Shown here: positions 9,089 through 19,466 of the stretch, one piece after another | How the letters are laid out: each line of letters opens with the position of its first letter | Position numbering within the stretch: the first letter of the stretch is position 1 | Source: Geopsychrobacteraceae bacterium | GTDB taxonomy: Bacteria; Desulfobacterota; Desulfuromonadia; Desulfuromonadales; Geopsychrobacteraceae | DNA length: 64,000 nt | Direction of reading: 5' to 3' | Assembly: GCA_963662315.1 (NCBI GenBank) | Contig: OY759353.1 | Location: forward strand, 4,224,001-4,288,000 | Translations under genes and position numbers: made by a program | Notes under the pieces: model-generated | Told to the model about the DNA's origin: nothing | Database searches by the model: none | Seen by the model: the letters and a program-made list of their open reading frames with translations, nothing else

Positions 9089-10828
9089 TTAAGGTTCTTC
9101 ACAGGTAAAACTCGTTGCATCCTCTATATTTCCGCTACCATTGTACTTTGCAATTTGAGGGTACGGACACAGTGGACGAGTACGTTCACTGGACCAGGAG
9201 GACGGTAATTCACTGTTTTCAGCACGTACTGAAGCAGTGATTTTTTCTGGAGCAACGCCCCCTTCGACCCAATCTACAAGCGCTTCCAGGGCATCAAATT
9301 TATCGGTGGCCGGGCCGCCGCCACAGTGACCCTCTCCTGGCACCAGAAACAATCGGGCAAAGTTGGAAGCATCACCGGAATTAGCCGCTTCAAGGTTTTC
9401 ATACCAGTTCACAGTGTCATTTGCTGAAAATATAGCATCAGCAGTCCCATGAATCACGAGCATTTTTGCTCCGCGATTTTTCAGTTTAGAAAGATCGGTT
9501 GGGTTGGGTGGCGTCATGTATTCCATAGCAGACTCGGTAAAAGTCTCATCCGTTGCGTAGATGGTCGACGCATCATCCTCTATGCTAAAACCCTGGATGA
9601 AGTCGTAATCAGACATGGTGCCAACATAAGGAATTGGAGGGGTTGTAAAAGCATAGGCGACAGAGCCTGAATCGCGGGTAAGGCCCATCACATACTCCCA
9701 CATGAACCAATCATCACTGCCAATACCTGCGTCAAAGAGAAAGCTTGAATAAATGTCTTCGCCATCTCTATTTTTGGGACCCGCCATGATATTTGCCAAA
9801 ACAGTTTTCTGATCCGATGTCAAGCATGTGCCGTCCCTAACAGTTATACATGTCGGCACATCGCGATCAAGATCAAACGCCATCTTGCAACCATAGGGAT
9901 CGCCAATCATGCCATCGCTAGCACCATCAAGACCATCACATTGCTCAATAACTTTTTGGGCGACTAGGTCAAACTCTGCGGCACTGATAGCATTTTGCAA
10001 AGAAGCCAAGGTCGTAGCATCGTCAGTAGTATCCACATTTACCAGTGTTGAATATTGCTGTATTCCATAGATCTGTGCAACGGCAGATTTTGGCAAATTA
10101 AAACCGGGGTGGCCAGCCAGGAAACCATCATACTGATCACTAAAGCGGGTAGATGCGACCATTGCATGACGGCCCCCATTGGAGCAGCCGCCAAAATAGG
10201 AGCGATCCGGTTGTTTACCATAGGCTGTTTCGATCAGTGATTTAGCCATGGGAGTCAACTCCGCAACGGCATTGTATCCATAGTCAAGTCTGGCTTGTGG
10301 ATCGAGCGCAAAAAACGGAGTTGGTGAACCATGCCCAGCATCGGAGCTGATAACCGCGAAGCCTTTACCGAGAGCTGCAGCACCAGAGCCATTAGATGTC
10401 ATAAACCGCCCGACAGCTGAACGAACAACTCCATCGAACCCTCCATTGGCCTGGTAATAGAATCGGCCATTCCAATTGGTAGGCAAGCGCATTTCAAAGC
10501 TAATAGCGTAGGTATTGCCAACCATCGTATCAACACCGATACGCTCATTCATTTTTCCCTTAAGCAGACAATGCTCACCAGCGGTATAAGTTTCACCAGT
10601 AGTATAAGTCACCTCGCCAGCATCAATGAGTTCTGCACTATCGATAACCGTATCGGCAAAAGAGAATGTTGAAATCAGATCGGTACATACAGACAGGGTC
10701 CCAGGTGTTGCGGCATCTAGTTGTGGCAAAGTGTCATCATGACTCGAGGAATCATTATCTCCACACGACCAAACTAACAAGCATAACGGAACAATCAACA
10801 GCGATAACCAGAACTTTCTTTTTTGCAT
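9089..10828 (-). CDS. Tannase/feruloyl esterase family lipoprotein (MHETase-like fold)
   Basis: GCSNGG nucleophile, HGTAD, GHCGGG, C-terminal RTRPLCPYP; lipobox VWSC. Confidence 0.9.
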   Translation of the reverse strand: MQKRKFWLSLLIVPLCLLVWSCGDNDSSSHDDTLPQLDAATPGTLSVCTDLISTFSFADTVIDSAELIDAGEVTYTTGETYTAGEHCLLKGKMNERIGVDTMVGNTYAISFEMRLPTNWNGRFYYQANGGFDGVVRSAVGRFMTSNGSGAAALGKGFAVISSDAGHGSPTPFFALDPQARLDYGYNAVAELTPMAKSLIETAYGKQPDRSYFGGCSNGGRHAMVASTRFSDQYDGFLAGHPGFNLPKSAVAQIYGIQQYSTLVNVDTTDDATTLASLQNAISAAEFDLVAQKVIEQCDGLDGASDGMIGDPYGCKMAFDLDRDVPTCITVRDGTCLTSDQKTVLANIMAGPKNRDGEDIYSSFLFDAGIGSDDWFMWEYVMGLTRDSGSVAYAFTTPPIPYVGTMSDYDFIQGFSIEDDASTIYATDETFTESAMEYMTPPNPTDLSKLKNRGAKMLVIHGTADAIFSANDTVNWYENLEAANSGDASNFARLFLVPGEGHCGGGPATDKFDALEALVDWVEGGVAPEKITASVRAENSELPSSWSSERTRPLCPYPQIAKYNGSGNIEDATSFTCEEP

Positions 10829-11287
10829 AAACTACCTCCCAATTTGTTTTTATGCCTAATGGCAGTGAACAATCAGCCCCTTATAACGGACCAAATAACA
10901 AAAAATAGCCGGTACCGGTTCCCGAGCTATTATTGTTGTTGCAACGCTTACAATAGAGATTAAGTCAATGAAATTTTAGAACCGCATTGTAAATAGCCCG
11001 ATGTATGGCTGTATATTAAATTGCTATGAGATTGTTTCAAATAAATATGATTTTTGCAGACGGAAGAGGGTTTTATTAAATTCTGGATAGATTAAAACTC
11101 TGTGATCTCAATTGTTTAGGGAAGGTTATTTTGATAGTCTTTACAAGGCCGGAAATAGCGCCATGGTAAAGCGATAAGAAAATATCGGTTTTATACTGGC
11201 TGGATAAATCAAGGTAGCTCGCTCAAAAGCAAGGAAATAGAATACTGTTTAAGATAACAGAGAAGAAAGAGGGTTGAGAACAAATAC

Positions 11288-12181
11288 CTATAGATTGCTG
11301 AGTTTCCAGCGAAGCGGGGTTTGATGTTTAAACCGTTTAAAGACATTGATCATATGTGCCTGGTTGGAAAAACCTGTAGCAAGCGCTATTTCGGAGAGGG
11401 AACGATCTGGCTCTGTCTTGAGTATACAGGCAACCCTCTCAATCCGCTTTTTCATGACATATTGATAAGGAGTTACACCAAAAACACGGCGGAACAACGG
11501 GAAAAAATGGCTTGGGCTGATATTGACAAGTGCGGCAAGCTGGTCAACTGAGATCGTACTATCGATGGAGGCCTCGATGAAATCTATGATCCTTTGTTGT
11601 TTGCTACGGGTAAGTGTTTGCTCCCGTTTAAAAACTTTTTGTACCTTGCGGTAATTGGCATGAAGCCACCCCAGAGCCGCCCACGACAACCCTTCGGCGT
11701 ACATTTCCCCATTGGGAAAACCGGCTCTCATTTCTGCCGCCAAGGCTAGAATAGTATTTCTGAGGGGATAATCGATATTCTCAAAACGCGTCTCCATATC
11801 GAACTGGGTGGAATCATCAGGGAAATGGCGCTGCAAAACATGAGGTGGCAGACTAACCCTAAGGCAGCGTCCTTCTTCCCCTTCCCAACGCGCGTGATCA
11901 CGCTCATAGGTCGAACCTAACATATCAAAAGCAGGCGGCGACAAGCACAGCTCCTCTGTCTTGTAACCACTACGATACCACCGTCTGGAATTTGACTTTA
12001 GCCCGACAGATAACATGGGCATTCCTGTATATTGTGGGCCGCATTCAGCACATCCAGGGATAATTGTTTCCTCAATGACTATTCCTGGCCAGTGTTCTGG
12101 AAGACTTAAAACCGGAAGGCCATCAGCACCTAGAATCGAAGGGCAATGGCTACCCAAACTGACTTTTTTAGTTTCCAACAA
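11288..12181 (-). CDS. AraC family transcriptional regulator
   Basis: C-terminal double HTH (SPSHFFPLFRRVFGVTPYQY...IALATGFSNQAH). Confidence 0.9.
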   Translation of the reverse strand: MLETKKVSLGSHCPSILGADGLPVLSLPEHWPGIVIEETIIPGCAECGPQYTGMPMLSVGLKSNSRRWYRSGYKTEELCLSPPAFDMLGSTYERDHARWEGEEGRCLRVSLPPHVLQRHFPDDSTQFDMETRFENIDYPLRNTILALAAEMRAGFPNGEMYAEGLSWAALGWLHANYRKVQKVFKREQTLTRSKQQRIIDFIEASIDSTISVDQLAALVNISPSHFFPLFRRVFGVTPYQYVMKKRIERVACILKTEPDRSLSEIALATGFSNQAHMINVFKRFKHQTPLRWKLSNL

Positions 12182-12243
12182 TTTCGCCCTTTTATAAGGT
12201 TTGCGTGAGAATGAAGTTTTGCACGGCGATGTTATAGGAGGGC

Positions 12244-12675
12244 TTAATCCAAGTCAATTTCAAACGGAGTTATTGAAAGGGGAGGAAAACTAGGGGCACT
12301 CTCCAGGTTTTCTTGGTCTCCCCGGCTTCTGTCTGTTTCGTCCAACCAGGACGGCTCCTGTAAAAGATCGTTTTGAGCCAGTTTCAAATGGGCTCTTGCG
12401 CTGGACCAACGATAATCCTCGGCATAGTCTACCAGACCGACCTTGATCGGACGTGCTACGATCCAAAGGTATTCGTCGTTTTCAACAATGCAGAAGAAAA
12501 AGTGATTCAGCCTAATACGACCGCTCTGATTCAGCTTACGATTGAGATATTGCGTATAGACCTGATGAAATAGCAACTTCATGATTCTTCTTTTGACTGT
12601 ATCTATGAAGTTAATCTGATAAGATCCGGAGGTAATTATCCTCTGATAGCCGATTTTTTCTACATAGCCGTTCAT
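12244..12675 (-). pseudogene. Degenerate REP-associated tyrosine transposase (RAYT, Y1) fragment
   Basis: YTQYLNRK..SGR, P.KVGLV..AEDYRWSSARAHL; HUH N-terminus and catalytic YI..NP motif missing. Confidence 0.7.
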
Positions 12676-12688
12676 TTTTATTCTTTCA

Positions 12689-14686
12689 GTGAGTGTAATG
12701 ATGAAGAATTCTTATCAAAATATTCCTGATGTCGAAGCGATTTGGAACACGTTCATACGGGGCCGCTCCATTCCCACCGATGGGATCAGAAGTGAAATTC
12801 ATGCGTCATGGCAACGTTGTCGTCAATCGGGTGTGGATCCGTATGATGGCGTTTCCCATCAGCTTCTGGTTGCGGAAGAGATCACCCAATTACTTGATGC
12901 CCGCAAATATTATCTGGAGACCGTCCGGCATTTCATGACCCATCTGTATGAATTGGTCAAAGGCTCTGGTTTTATTGTTCTGCTGGCCGATGAGCGGGGC
13001 TATGTTATGGAAACCCTGGGGGATGCTGATACGCTCAGCTCTGCCGCCAAGGTTAACCTGATTCAGGGAGCTTGCTGGGTTGAAGCCGAAGGGGGGACCA
13101 ACGGTATCGGTACTGCTCTGGCACTGGGGCAGCCTTTTCAGGTTTCAGGTTGCGAACATTATTGTCAGAAACTCCATTCATGGACCTGTTCTGCCGCACC
13201 GGTGCGTTCCGATAATGGTGAATTGATTGGTGTGCTGCAAATGTCGGGACCTTCCCATGCCGCCCATCAACATACCCTGGGTATGGTTGCTGCTGCCGCC
13301 GAGGCGATTCGCGACCAGCTTCGTGTCCAGCGCCGCAATCATGAACTGACAGCCCTTAATGAACATCTAAGCAATATTTTTCAGACCATGTCCGACGGTG
13401 CGTTGCTGGTCGATGGCAGTGGCGTGATCACCCGGCTTAATCCCATTGCCAGCCGAACTCTGGGCGATAATGTTGTCGGCCATACCCTTGCCGATATCTT
13501 TGGTCATGCCCCGGATGTGGCGACTATCATACAGAATAGCCAGCCCTGCAAAGATATGGAAATGATGCTCGAAACCGCAGCCGGGAGTATTCATGCTCTG
13601 GTTACCGTACGTCCTTTAAGTCATGGTAATGGCAGCGTAATTTTCTTCAATCCTATTCAGAAAATGAAAAAGCTGGCCAATCGTTTCGGTGGCGCTCAGG
13701 CACGTTTTATCTTTAGTGATATTGTCGGTCGGCACGCTAATTTTTCCGCCGCCATAAGTGCTGCCAAAAAAGCTGCGACCAACAACAGTAACGTGATGTT
13801 GCTGGGGGAAAGCGGAACCGGAAAAGAACTGTTCGCCCAGGCTATACACAACGCCAGCGCACGGCGCAGAGGCCCTTTTCTGGCGTTAAACTGTGCCGCT
13901 CTACCGCGTGATCTGATTGCCAGCGAATTGTTCGGTTATGCTCCTGGGGCCTTTACCGGGGCGGATCCCAAGGGGCGGCCGGGCAAATTTGAAATGGCTG
14001 CAGGGGGGACCTTGCTCTTGGATGAAATTGGCGACATGCCTCTGGATCAACAGGCCGTCTTGTTACGTGTCCTGCAGGACAGGCAGGTGACCCGGCTGGG
14101 CAGTGATCGGGTTATTCCGGTTGATGTTCGTGTCATTTGCGCCACCCACACCAATCTTCTGCAAGCGGTGCAACAAGGTGATTTTCGCCAAGATCTCTAC
14201 TATCGCCTCAACGTGGTGCAAATTGCTGTGCCGCCGCTGCGGGAGCGGGGTGACGACGTACAGCTTCTCTGCGACTTTTTCCTTCACAAAATCGGTCAGC
14301 GACTCGATATTGTGACGCAAGATATTTCTCCCACCGTAAGGCAGTTGCTAGGCCGCTATCAATGGCCGGGAAATGTCCGGGAACTGGAAAACAGTGTCGA
14401 AAAAATGATATATGCGGCCGAAGGAAAGCGGCTGGAAAGCCAGCACCTGCCAGCAGAAATCGCTAGAACGATCATCCAGGAGAGTACGGAGCCGACACCG
14501 GTTTTAACAGTGAATACCGGTCTCAAAAAGTTGGTGGCCAGCCGCGAACGGAAATTGCTTCTCGATTTACTCCGCAGTTATCATGGCAACGTCAGCCAAA
14601 TCGCCCGAGACACAGGAGTCTCCCGCAACACCATATATCGTAAAATGCGTTCCTACGACATTTCACGGGACTATCTCTTTGATTAG
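12689..14686 (+). CDS. sigma54-dependent activator, AcoR-like (GAF-PAS-AAA+-Fis HTH)
   Basis: GTNGIGTAL GAF, GESGTGKE, GAFTGA, WPGNVREL, C-terminal HTH. Confidence 0.93.
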   Translation: MSVMMKNSYQNIPDVEAIWNTFIRGRSIPTDGIRSEIHASWQRCRQSGVDPYDGVSHQLLVAEEITQLLDARKYYLETVRHFMTHLYELVKGSGFIVLLADERGYVMETLGDADTLSSAAKVNLIQGACWVEAEGGTNGIGTALALGQPFQVSGCEHYCQKLHSWTCSAAPVRSDNGELIGVLQMSGPSHAAHQHTLGMVAAAAEAIRDQLRVQRRNHELTALNEHLSNIFQTMSDGALLVDGSGVITRLNPIASRTLGDNVVGHTLADIFGHAPDVATIIQNSQPCKDMEMMLETAAGSIHALVTVRPLSHGNGSVIFFNPIQKMKKLANRFGGAQARFIFSDIVGRHANFSAAISAAKKAATNNSNVMLLGESGTGKELFAQAIHNASARRRGPFLALNCAALPRDLIASELFGYAPGAFTGADPKGRPGKFEMAAGGTLLLDEIGDMPLDQQAVLLRVLQDRQVTRLGSDRVIPVDVRVICATHTNLLQAVQQGDFRQDLYYRLNVVQIAVPPLRERGDDVQLLCDFFLHKIGQRLDIVTQDISPTVRQLLGRYQWPGNVRELENSVEKMIYAAEGKRLESQHLPAEIARTIIQESTEPTPVLTVNTGLKKLVASRERKLLLDLLRSYHGNVSQIARDTGVSRNTIYRKMRSYDISRDYLFD

Positions 14687-14714
14687 GCAACTGTCACAAA
14701 AAAGTGACAGTTGC
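14687..14714. promoter_or_regulatory. Palindromic upstream activator sequence or terminator
   Basis: GCAACTGTCAC-aaaaaa-GTGACAGTTGC perfect 11-bp inverted repeat ~150 bp upstream of the sigma54 promoter. Confidence 0.6.
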
Positions 14715-14859
14715 TCCATCTTGTTGACAGCTGCTCTATAATGTTACATCGAGCAAAGAGATGAAGTATAATTGTGTTTTGATCTCTAGAATAATCAACC
14801 CCGCACAATACCATTCCTTTTTACTTATCTGCCGTTGAAATTGACATCTTTGCAGGTTA

Positions 14860-14875
14860 TGGCACAGCCATTGCT
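14860..14875 (+). promoter_or_regulatory. sigma54 -24/-12 promoter
   Basis: TGGCACAGCCATTGCT, GG-N10-GC. Confidence 0.85.
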
Positions 14876-14945
14876 CTTAGTATAACCATATTTTGATGGC
14901 ACGTTTTTGTAGGTTGTGTCTGCCTGAACCCGGACCAGAAGGTCC

Positions 14946-16445
14946 ATGACCACAGATGGAGGATTAGCCGTGAGAGAAGGAATCGATAGCAAGTACCAGC
15001 TGTATATTGATGGAAAATGGATGGATGCTCAACAGGGAGAAACCTTTTCAGCCTATTGCCCAGCCGACGGAGAATTGCTCGCCACCTGTGCCAATGCCGG
15101 TAAAAAAGATGTTGATGCCGCCGTGGCCGCTGCCTGGAAGGCATTTCCCGAGTGGAAAGATGTCAGCGCGCAAAAGCGGGCAGAATACTTGTTGAAAATC
15201 GCCGATCTTATTGATGCCAATGCCGAAAAACTGGCCATGGTTGAAACCCTGGATAATGGTAAACCGATCCGCGAGACACGGGCCATTGATGTGCCTTTAG
15301 CCAGTGACCATTTTCGTTATTTTGCCAGCGCCATCCGCACCCAGGAAGGGCAAGCAGTGATGATTGACAAAGACACCATGAGCATCATCCTGCGTGAGCC
15401 CATTGGTGTCGTCGGCCAGATTATTCCCTGGAACTTTCCTTTCCTCATGGCGGCCTGGAAAATTGCCCCGGCCCTGGCGGCAGGCAATACCCTGGTCATG
15501 AAGCCCTCATCGACAACCTCATTGAGTATGCTTGAGTTTACCAAACTGCTTGATCAGGTATTACCGCCTGGCGTGGTTAATGTTGTTACCGGTAAAGGAG
15601 CGACGACCGGTAATTACGTCCTTGAACACCCCGATTTTTCAAAACTGGCGTTCACCGGTTCCACGGAAATCGGTTACAACATTGCCGATGCCGCAGCCAA
15701 AAAGTTGATTCCGGCTACGTTAGAACTCGGGGGTAAATCGGCCAATATCTATTTTGAAGACTGCCCGTGGGAAAAAGCCATTGAAGGAACCCAGATTGGG
15801 ATTCTGTTTAATCAGGGACAAGTTTGCTGCGCCGGTTCCCGGGTCTTTGTGCAGGAAAGTATTTATGACAAGTTTGTTGCCGATATGGCCGCGGCCTTCA
15901 AAAAGGTAAAAGTCGGTCTGCCCTGGGAAGATGACACCATGATGGGGTGTCAGATTGATGAAGGTCAGCTCAACCAAATCCTGTCCTATGTCAATATTGG
16001 CCAGGAAGAAGGCGCGCGTCTGGTAACCGGCGGAACTAAAATCACTGATGGTTCCTTGGGTAAAGGTGCCTTCATGGCGCCGACTCTGTTTGCCGATGTC
16101 GACAACAAAATGCGTATTGCTCAGGAAGAAATATTCGGGCCGGTGGTCTGTGTTATCAAATTTAAAGATGAACAGGACGTTATCAAAATGGCCAACGACA
16201 GTGAGTACGGGCTGGGAGGCGCCGTGTGGACCAAAGATATTAACCGTGCCCTGCGTGTCGCCAGAGCGGTTGAAACCGGTCGTATGTGGGTCAATACCTA
16301 CAACCAGTTGCCGGCTCATACCCCGTTTGGCGGCTATAAAAAGTCGGGTATCGGACGCGAAACCCACAAAATGATGCTGGAACACTATTCCCAGGCAAAA
16401 AATATTTACATCAGCATGACCGAAGAAAAGATGGGTCTCTACTGA
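14946..16445 (+). CDS. NAD-dependent aldehyde dehydrogenase (start may be GTG 14970)
   Basis: IIPWNFP, FTGST, LELGGKS, NQGQVCCAG, EEIFGPV. Confidence 0.95.
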   Translation: MTTDGGLAVREGIDSKYQLYIDGKWMDAQQGETFSAYCPADGELLATCANAGKKDVDAAVAAAWKAFPEWKDVSAQKRAEYLLKIADLIDANAEKLAMVETLDNGKPIRETRAIDVPLASDHFRYFASAIRTQEGQAVMIDKDTMSIILREPIGVVGQIIPWNFPFLMAAWKIAPALAAGNTLVMKPSSTTSLSMLEFTKLLDQVLPPGVVNVVTGKGATTGNYVLEHPDFSKLAFTGSTEIGYNIADAAAKKLIPATLELGGKSANIYFEDCPWEKAIEGTQIGILFNQGQVCCAGSRVFVQESIYDKFVADMAAAFKKVKVGLPWEDDTMMGCQIDEGQLNQILSYVNIGQEEGARLVTGGTKITDGSLGKGAFMAPTLFADVDNKMRIAQEEIFGPVVCVIKFKDEQDVIKMANDSEYGLGGAVWTKDINRALRVARAVETGRMWVNTYNQLPAHTPFGGYKKSGIGRETHKMMLEHYSQAKNIYISMTEEKMGLY

Positions 16446-16487
16446 TTCCTCTCTAAGGGCATGGCCCGAAAGGATTAGTTCCGCGGG

Positions 16488-16520
16488 AAAAGGCTGACCA
16501 GAAATTCTGGTCGGCCTTTT
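16488..16520. terminator. Intrinsic terminator
   Basis: aaaaggctgaccag-aaatt-ctggtcggcctttt. Confidence 0.75.
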
Positions 16521-16594
16521 GAATTTACGGGGCAGAAGTATTTTTTGTCGCTGCGGATGTTTTGGCTGCCTGATGAGGAAGATTTCAGGGTGAT

Positions 16595-16724
16595 TTGAGA
16601 GGGAATAAAATTATTGTAATGTCCTGCTGGAGGGTGTAGCTTCGTCGTTATTGTTGCAAAAAAAATGAGAAGAGAGCCGTAGTTTGTGTGGGGGGAATCT
16701 GCAGATTGCGGTTTTTTTGTTGTC
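16595..16724 (+). repeat. ~130-bp non-coding element, copy 1
   Basis: Aligns with 19467-19604 (ttgagaggga..aaaa.tattgtaatgt.ctg..gggtgtag...agccgta.tttgtg...ggggaatct.cag.ttgcggtttttttgt). Confidence 0.65.
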
Positions 16725-16867
16725 GCAAGCAATGAAGCGTTTTGTTTTTTGTCAGGAGATGTCCTTAATCTTCGTGCCGAAATAGGTTGTTGGCTTGAGA
16801 CTTGGTTAATCTTTCAGTGAAATACGGCATTTAGGTCGTCTGATTTTAGTTCGGTGCAGGAGGAGAA

Positions 16868-17515
16868 ATGAGGTTTTTTTGCATACTCGCACTTTTATTT
16901 ACGTTGTTGTTTAGCATGGCCTGCGCCCCAATACGAACGATTCAGAAGGACGTGGTCGACGTGACTTCAGAAGCAGCCGCTTCTAAGTATTATGGAATGG
17001 AAGATTATGGTTTGAAAATCGAAATTCCCGAATCTCTGGGTCTCATCAAAGCTCAGGAAATTGACGACGGGGAAATCCGATATTATCAATTTATCGAAAA
17101 AAAATATGGCGGTGTCTTTTATATTGCTCTCTATAACAACTACTGTGACATCAACAGGGTCAATACCAAGTATAGGTGGAGCTACCTAAAAGGGTGTAAA
17201 AATCAAGAAAAACAAAACTTCGTGAACAAATATGGCAATAAATTTGACTTTGACTATTACGTATATTCTTCACGAGCAATCTACTTTGATAAGGGTAGTT
17301 TTATTTCACCAACTCTTATAACTAGCACCAGTGTAAAACCGAAAGAACAGGTGGAGTGCGCAAGATCCAAATCCCTCGCATATGCTTATCTCTACCATAA
17401 AAATTATTACATTATAAAATTGAGTTTTTCTGATCCAGCGAAGCAATTCGACTATTATAATGAACTGTTGGCAATGCTCGTGAATGCCGTTAGTTATCCA
17501 TCAAAGGACAACTAG
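16868..17515 (+). CDS. Hypothetical lipoprotein
   Basis: Signal peptide with SMAC lipobox, AGGAGG RBS, AT-rich. Confidence 0.75.
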   Translation: MRFFCILALLFTLLFSMACAPIRTIQKDVVDVTSEAAASKYYGMEDYGLKIEIPESLGLIKAQEIDDGEIRYYQFIEKKYGGVFYIALYNNYCDINRVNTKYRWSYLKGCKNQEKQNFVNKYGNKFDFDYYVYSSRAIYFDKGSFISPTLITSTSVKPKEQVECARSKSLAYAYLYHKNYYIIKLSFSDPAKQFDYYNELLAMLVNAVSYPSKDN

Positions 17516-17586
17516 CGAACTGGTTGATCGGATAGCCGTTGTGAAAACGTTCTGTATTCGTTGGAATGAAAGGAGTTTACAAACAA

Positions 17587-17874
17587 ATGTTTATCGTCTC
17601 TCTTAATTACATCTGCGATTTAAGTGACATTGAAAAGCACCTGCCTGCTCACCTTGAATATCTTGATCGCCACTACGCTGCCGGGCATTTTATCGCTTCT
17701 GGAAGGAAAGTTCCACGAACAGGGGGGATCATTTTAGCCCTTTGTGATTCAAGGGCGGCAATTGATCAGATTATTGCGGAGGACCCGTTTAATATTCACG
17801 GTTTAGCAGAATATGAAGTCACGGAATTTATTCCTACAAAAATGTCGGAAAAAATAGCGCTGGCTTTTGATTAA
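17587..17874 (+). CDS. YciI family protein
   Basis: H.EYL...Y..G.FIASGRK.PRTGG, EDPF. Confidence 0.88.
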   Translation: MFIVSLNYICDLSDIEKHLPAHLEYLDRHYAAGHFIASGRKVPRTGGIILALCDSRAAIDQIIAEDPFNIHGLAEYEVTEFIPTKMSEKIALAFD

Positions 17875-17903
17875 CTATTGAGAACAAATACTTTGAAATC
17901 GCC

Positions 17904-19466
17904 GTGCGGGGCGCAACCCCGCGACTTTGCTTGTTTTATTTCAATCATAAAAGACAACACCGCCGGGTCCCGGCCCGGCAGCCGGATTCATTTTTTCCAG
18001 CGATGAAAAAATGAATCAAAAAAATCTTTGAAGGTCAAACACACTGACGAGAATAGATTCGGTCTACGTTTAATCGTTGCAACCAGCAGGGCACAGACCG
18101 CCCAACGATGCTGCGCATCCATGGGCAGAATCGAATTGGAAAAGGTATATAAAAATGCCAACGGCATTTTTGCGGTTCTGGCCATCAGGCGCGTATTGCG
18201 CCGTCGGCCGGCTGCTTAAATGCTGAGATGTTTCCTTGGAGAGACGAAGCCCGAGTACGGACCCTTTAAAGAAGGGCGTTTTGTGCTTACTATTTGTCGC
18301 CCGCCTGGGACAAATAGTAAGGCGTCGTGCGGGGCGCAACCCCGCGACTTTGCTTGTTTCATTTCAATCATAAAAGACAACACCGGCGGGTCCCGGCCCG
18401 CCAGCCGGCTTCATTTTTCCCAACGATGGAAAAACGAAGCAAAAAGATCTTTGAAGGTCAAGGTAACTGACGATAGCTGTGTTGGGTTACGGTTAAAGGT
18501 ATCTGGGTGCAATTAACCGGTAGCCCACGCTGCTGTCGCAGCTAATGGGCAAGGGCGTTAGTTGGAAGACGAAGTATAGAGTTTCTATCGGTTTTCGCTA
18601 CTAAACCCACCATCAATAAATAATGCGGTTCTGGCCATCAGGCGTGATCTGAGCCGTTAGGCTGGCTGGTCAATTTCTGGTTGCCTCTTGACGCACAACG
18701 ACGCCCAAACACGGACATATTAAAGAGGGCTTTTTGTGCTTACTATTTTTAGCCTGATTGTGAAAAATAGTAAGGCGCAGTGCGGGGGCGCAACCCCGTG
18801 ATTTTGTTTGTTTCATTTAAATCATAAAAGGCAACACCGGCGGGTCCCGGCCCGCCAGCCGGCTTCATTTTTCCCAACGATGGAAAAACGAAGCAAAAAG
18901 ATCTTTGAAGGTCAAGGTAACTGACGAAAGCTGTGTTGGGTTACGGTTAAAGGTATCTGGGTGCAATTAACCGGCAGCCCACGCTGCTGTCGCAGCTAAT
19001 GGGCAAGGGCGTTAGTTGGAAGACGAAGTATAGAGTTTCTATCGGTTTTCGCTACTAAACCCACCATCAATAAATAATGCGGTTCTGGCCATCAGGCGTG
19101 ATCTGAGCCGTCAGGCCGGCTGGTCAATTTCTGGTTGCCTCTTGACGCACAACGACGCCCAAACGCGGACATATTAAAGAGGGCTTTTTGTGCTTACTAT
19201 TTTTAGCCTGATTGTGAAAAATAGTAAGGCGCAGTGCGGGGGCGCAACCCCGTGACTTTGCTTGTTTCATTTAAATCATAAAAGACGAAACCGCCGGGTC
19301 CCGGCCCGGCAGCCGGATTCATTTTTTCCAGCGATGAAAAAACGAATCAAAAAAATCTTTGAAGGTCAAACACACTGACGAGAATAGATTCGGTCAACGT
19401 CTAATCGTTGCAACTAGCAGTGAACAGACCGCCCAACGATGCTGCGCATCCATGGGCAGAACCGAA
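17904..19466 (+). repeat. Tandem array of the ~450-bp structured repeat (3 full units + partial)
   Basis: CGCAACCCC hairpin ends at 17920, 18343, 18797, 19251 (periods 423, 454, 454). Confidence 0.95.

Noticed and set aside
14897..14912. Second sigma54 promoter (TGGCACGTTTTTGTA)
   Set aside because: Lacks GC at the required GG-N10-GC spacing
17514..17560. attC after the 16868 lipoprotein
   Set aside because: R''-like AGCGAAC is present but there is no convincing L''/L' stem or R'
17904..19466. CRISPR array
   Set aside because: Units are 423-454 bp with recurring rather than unique variable parts, and there are no cas genes
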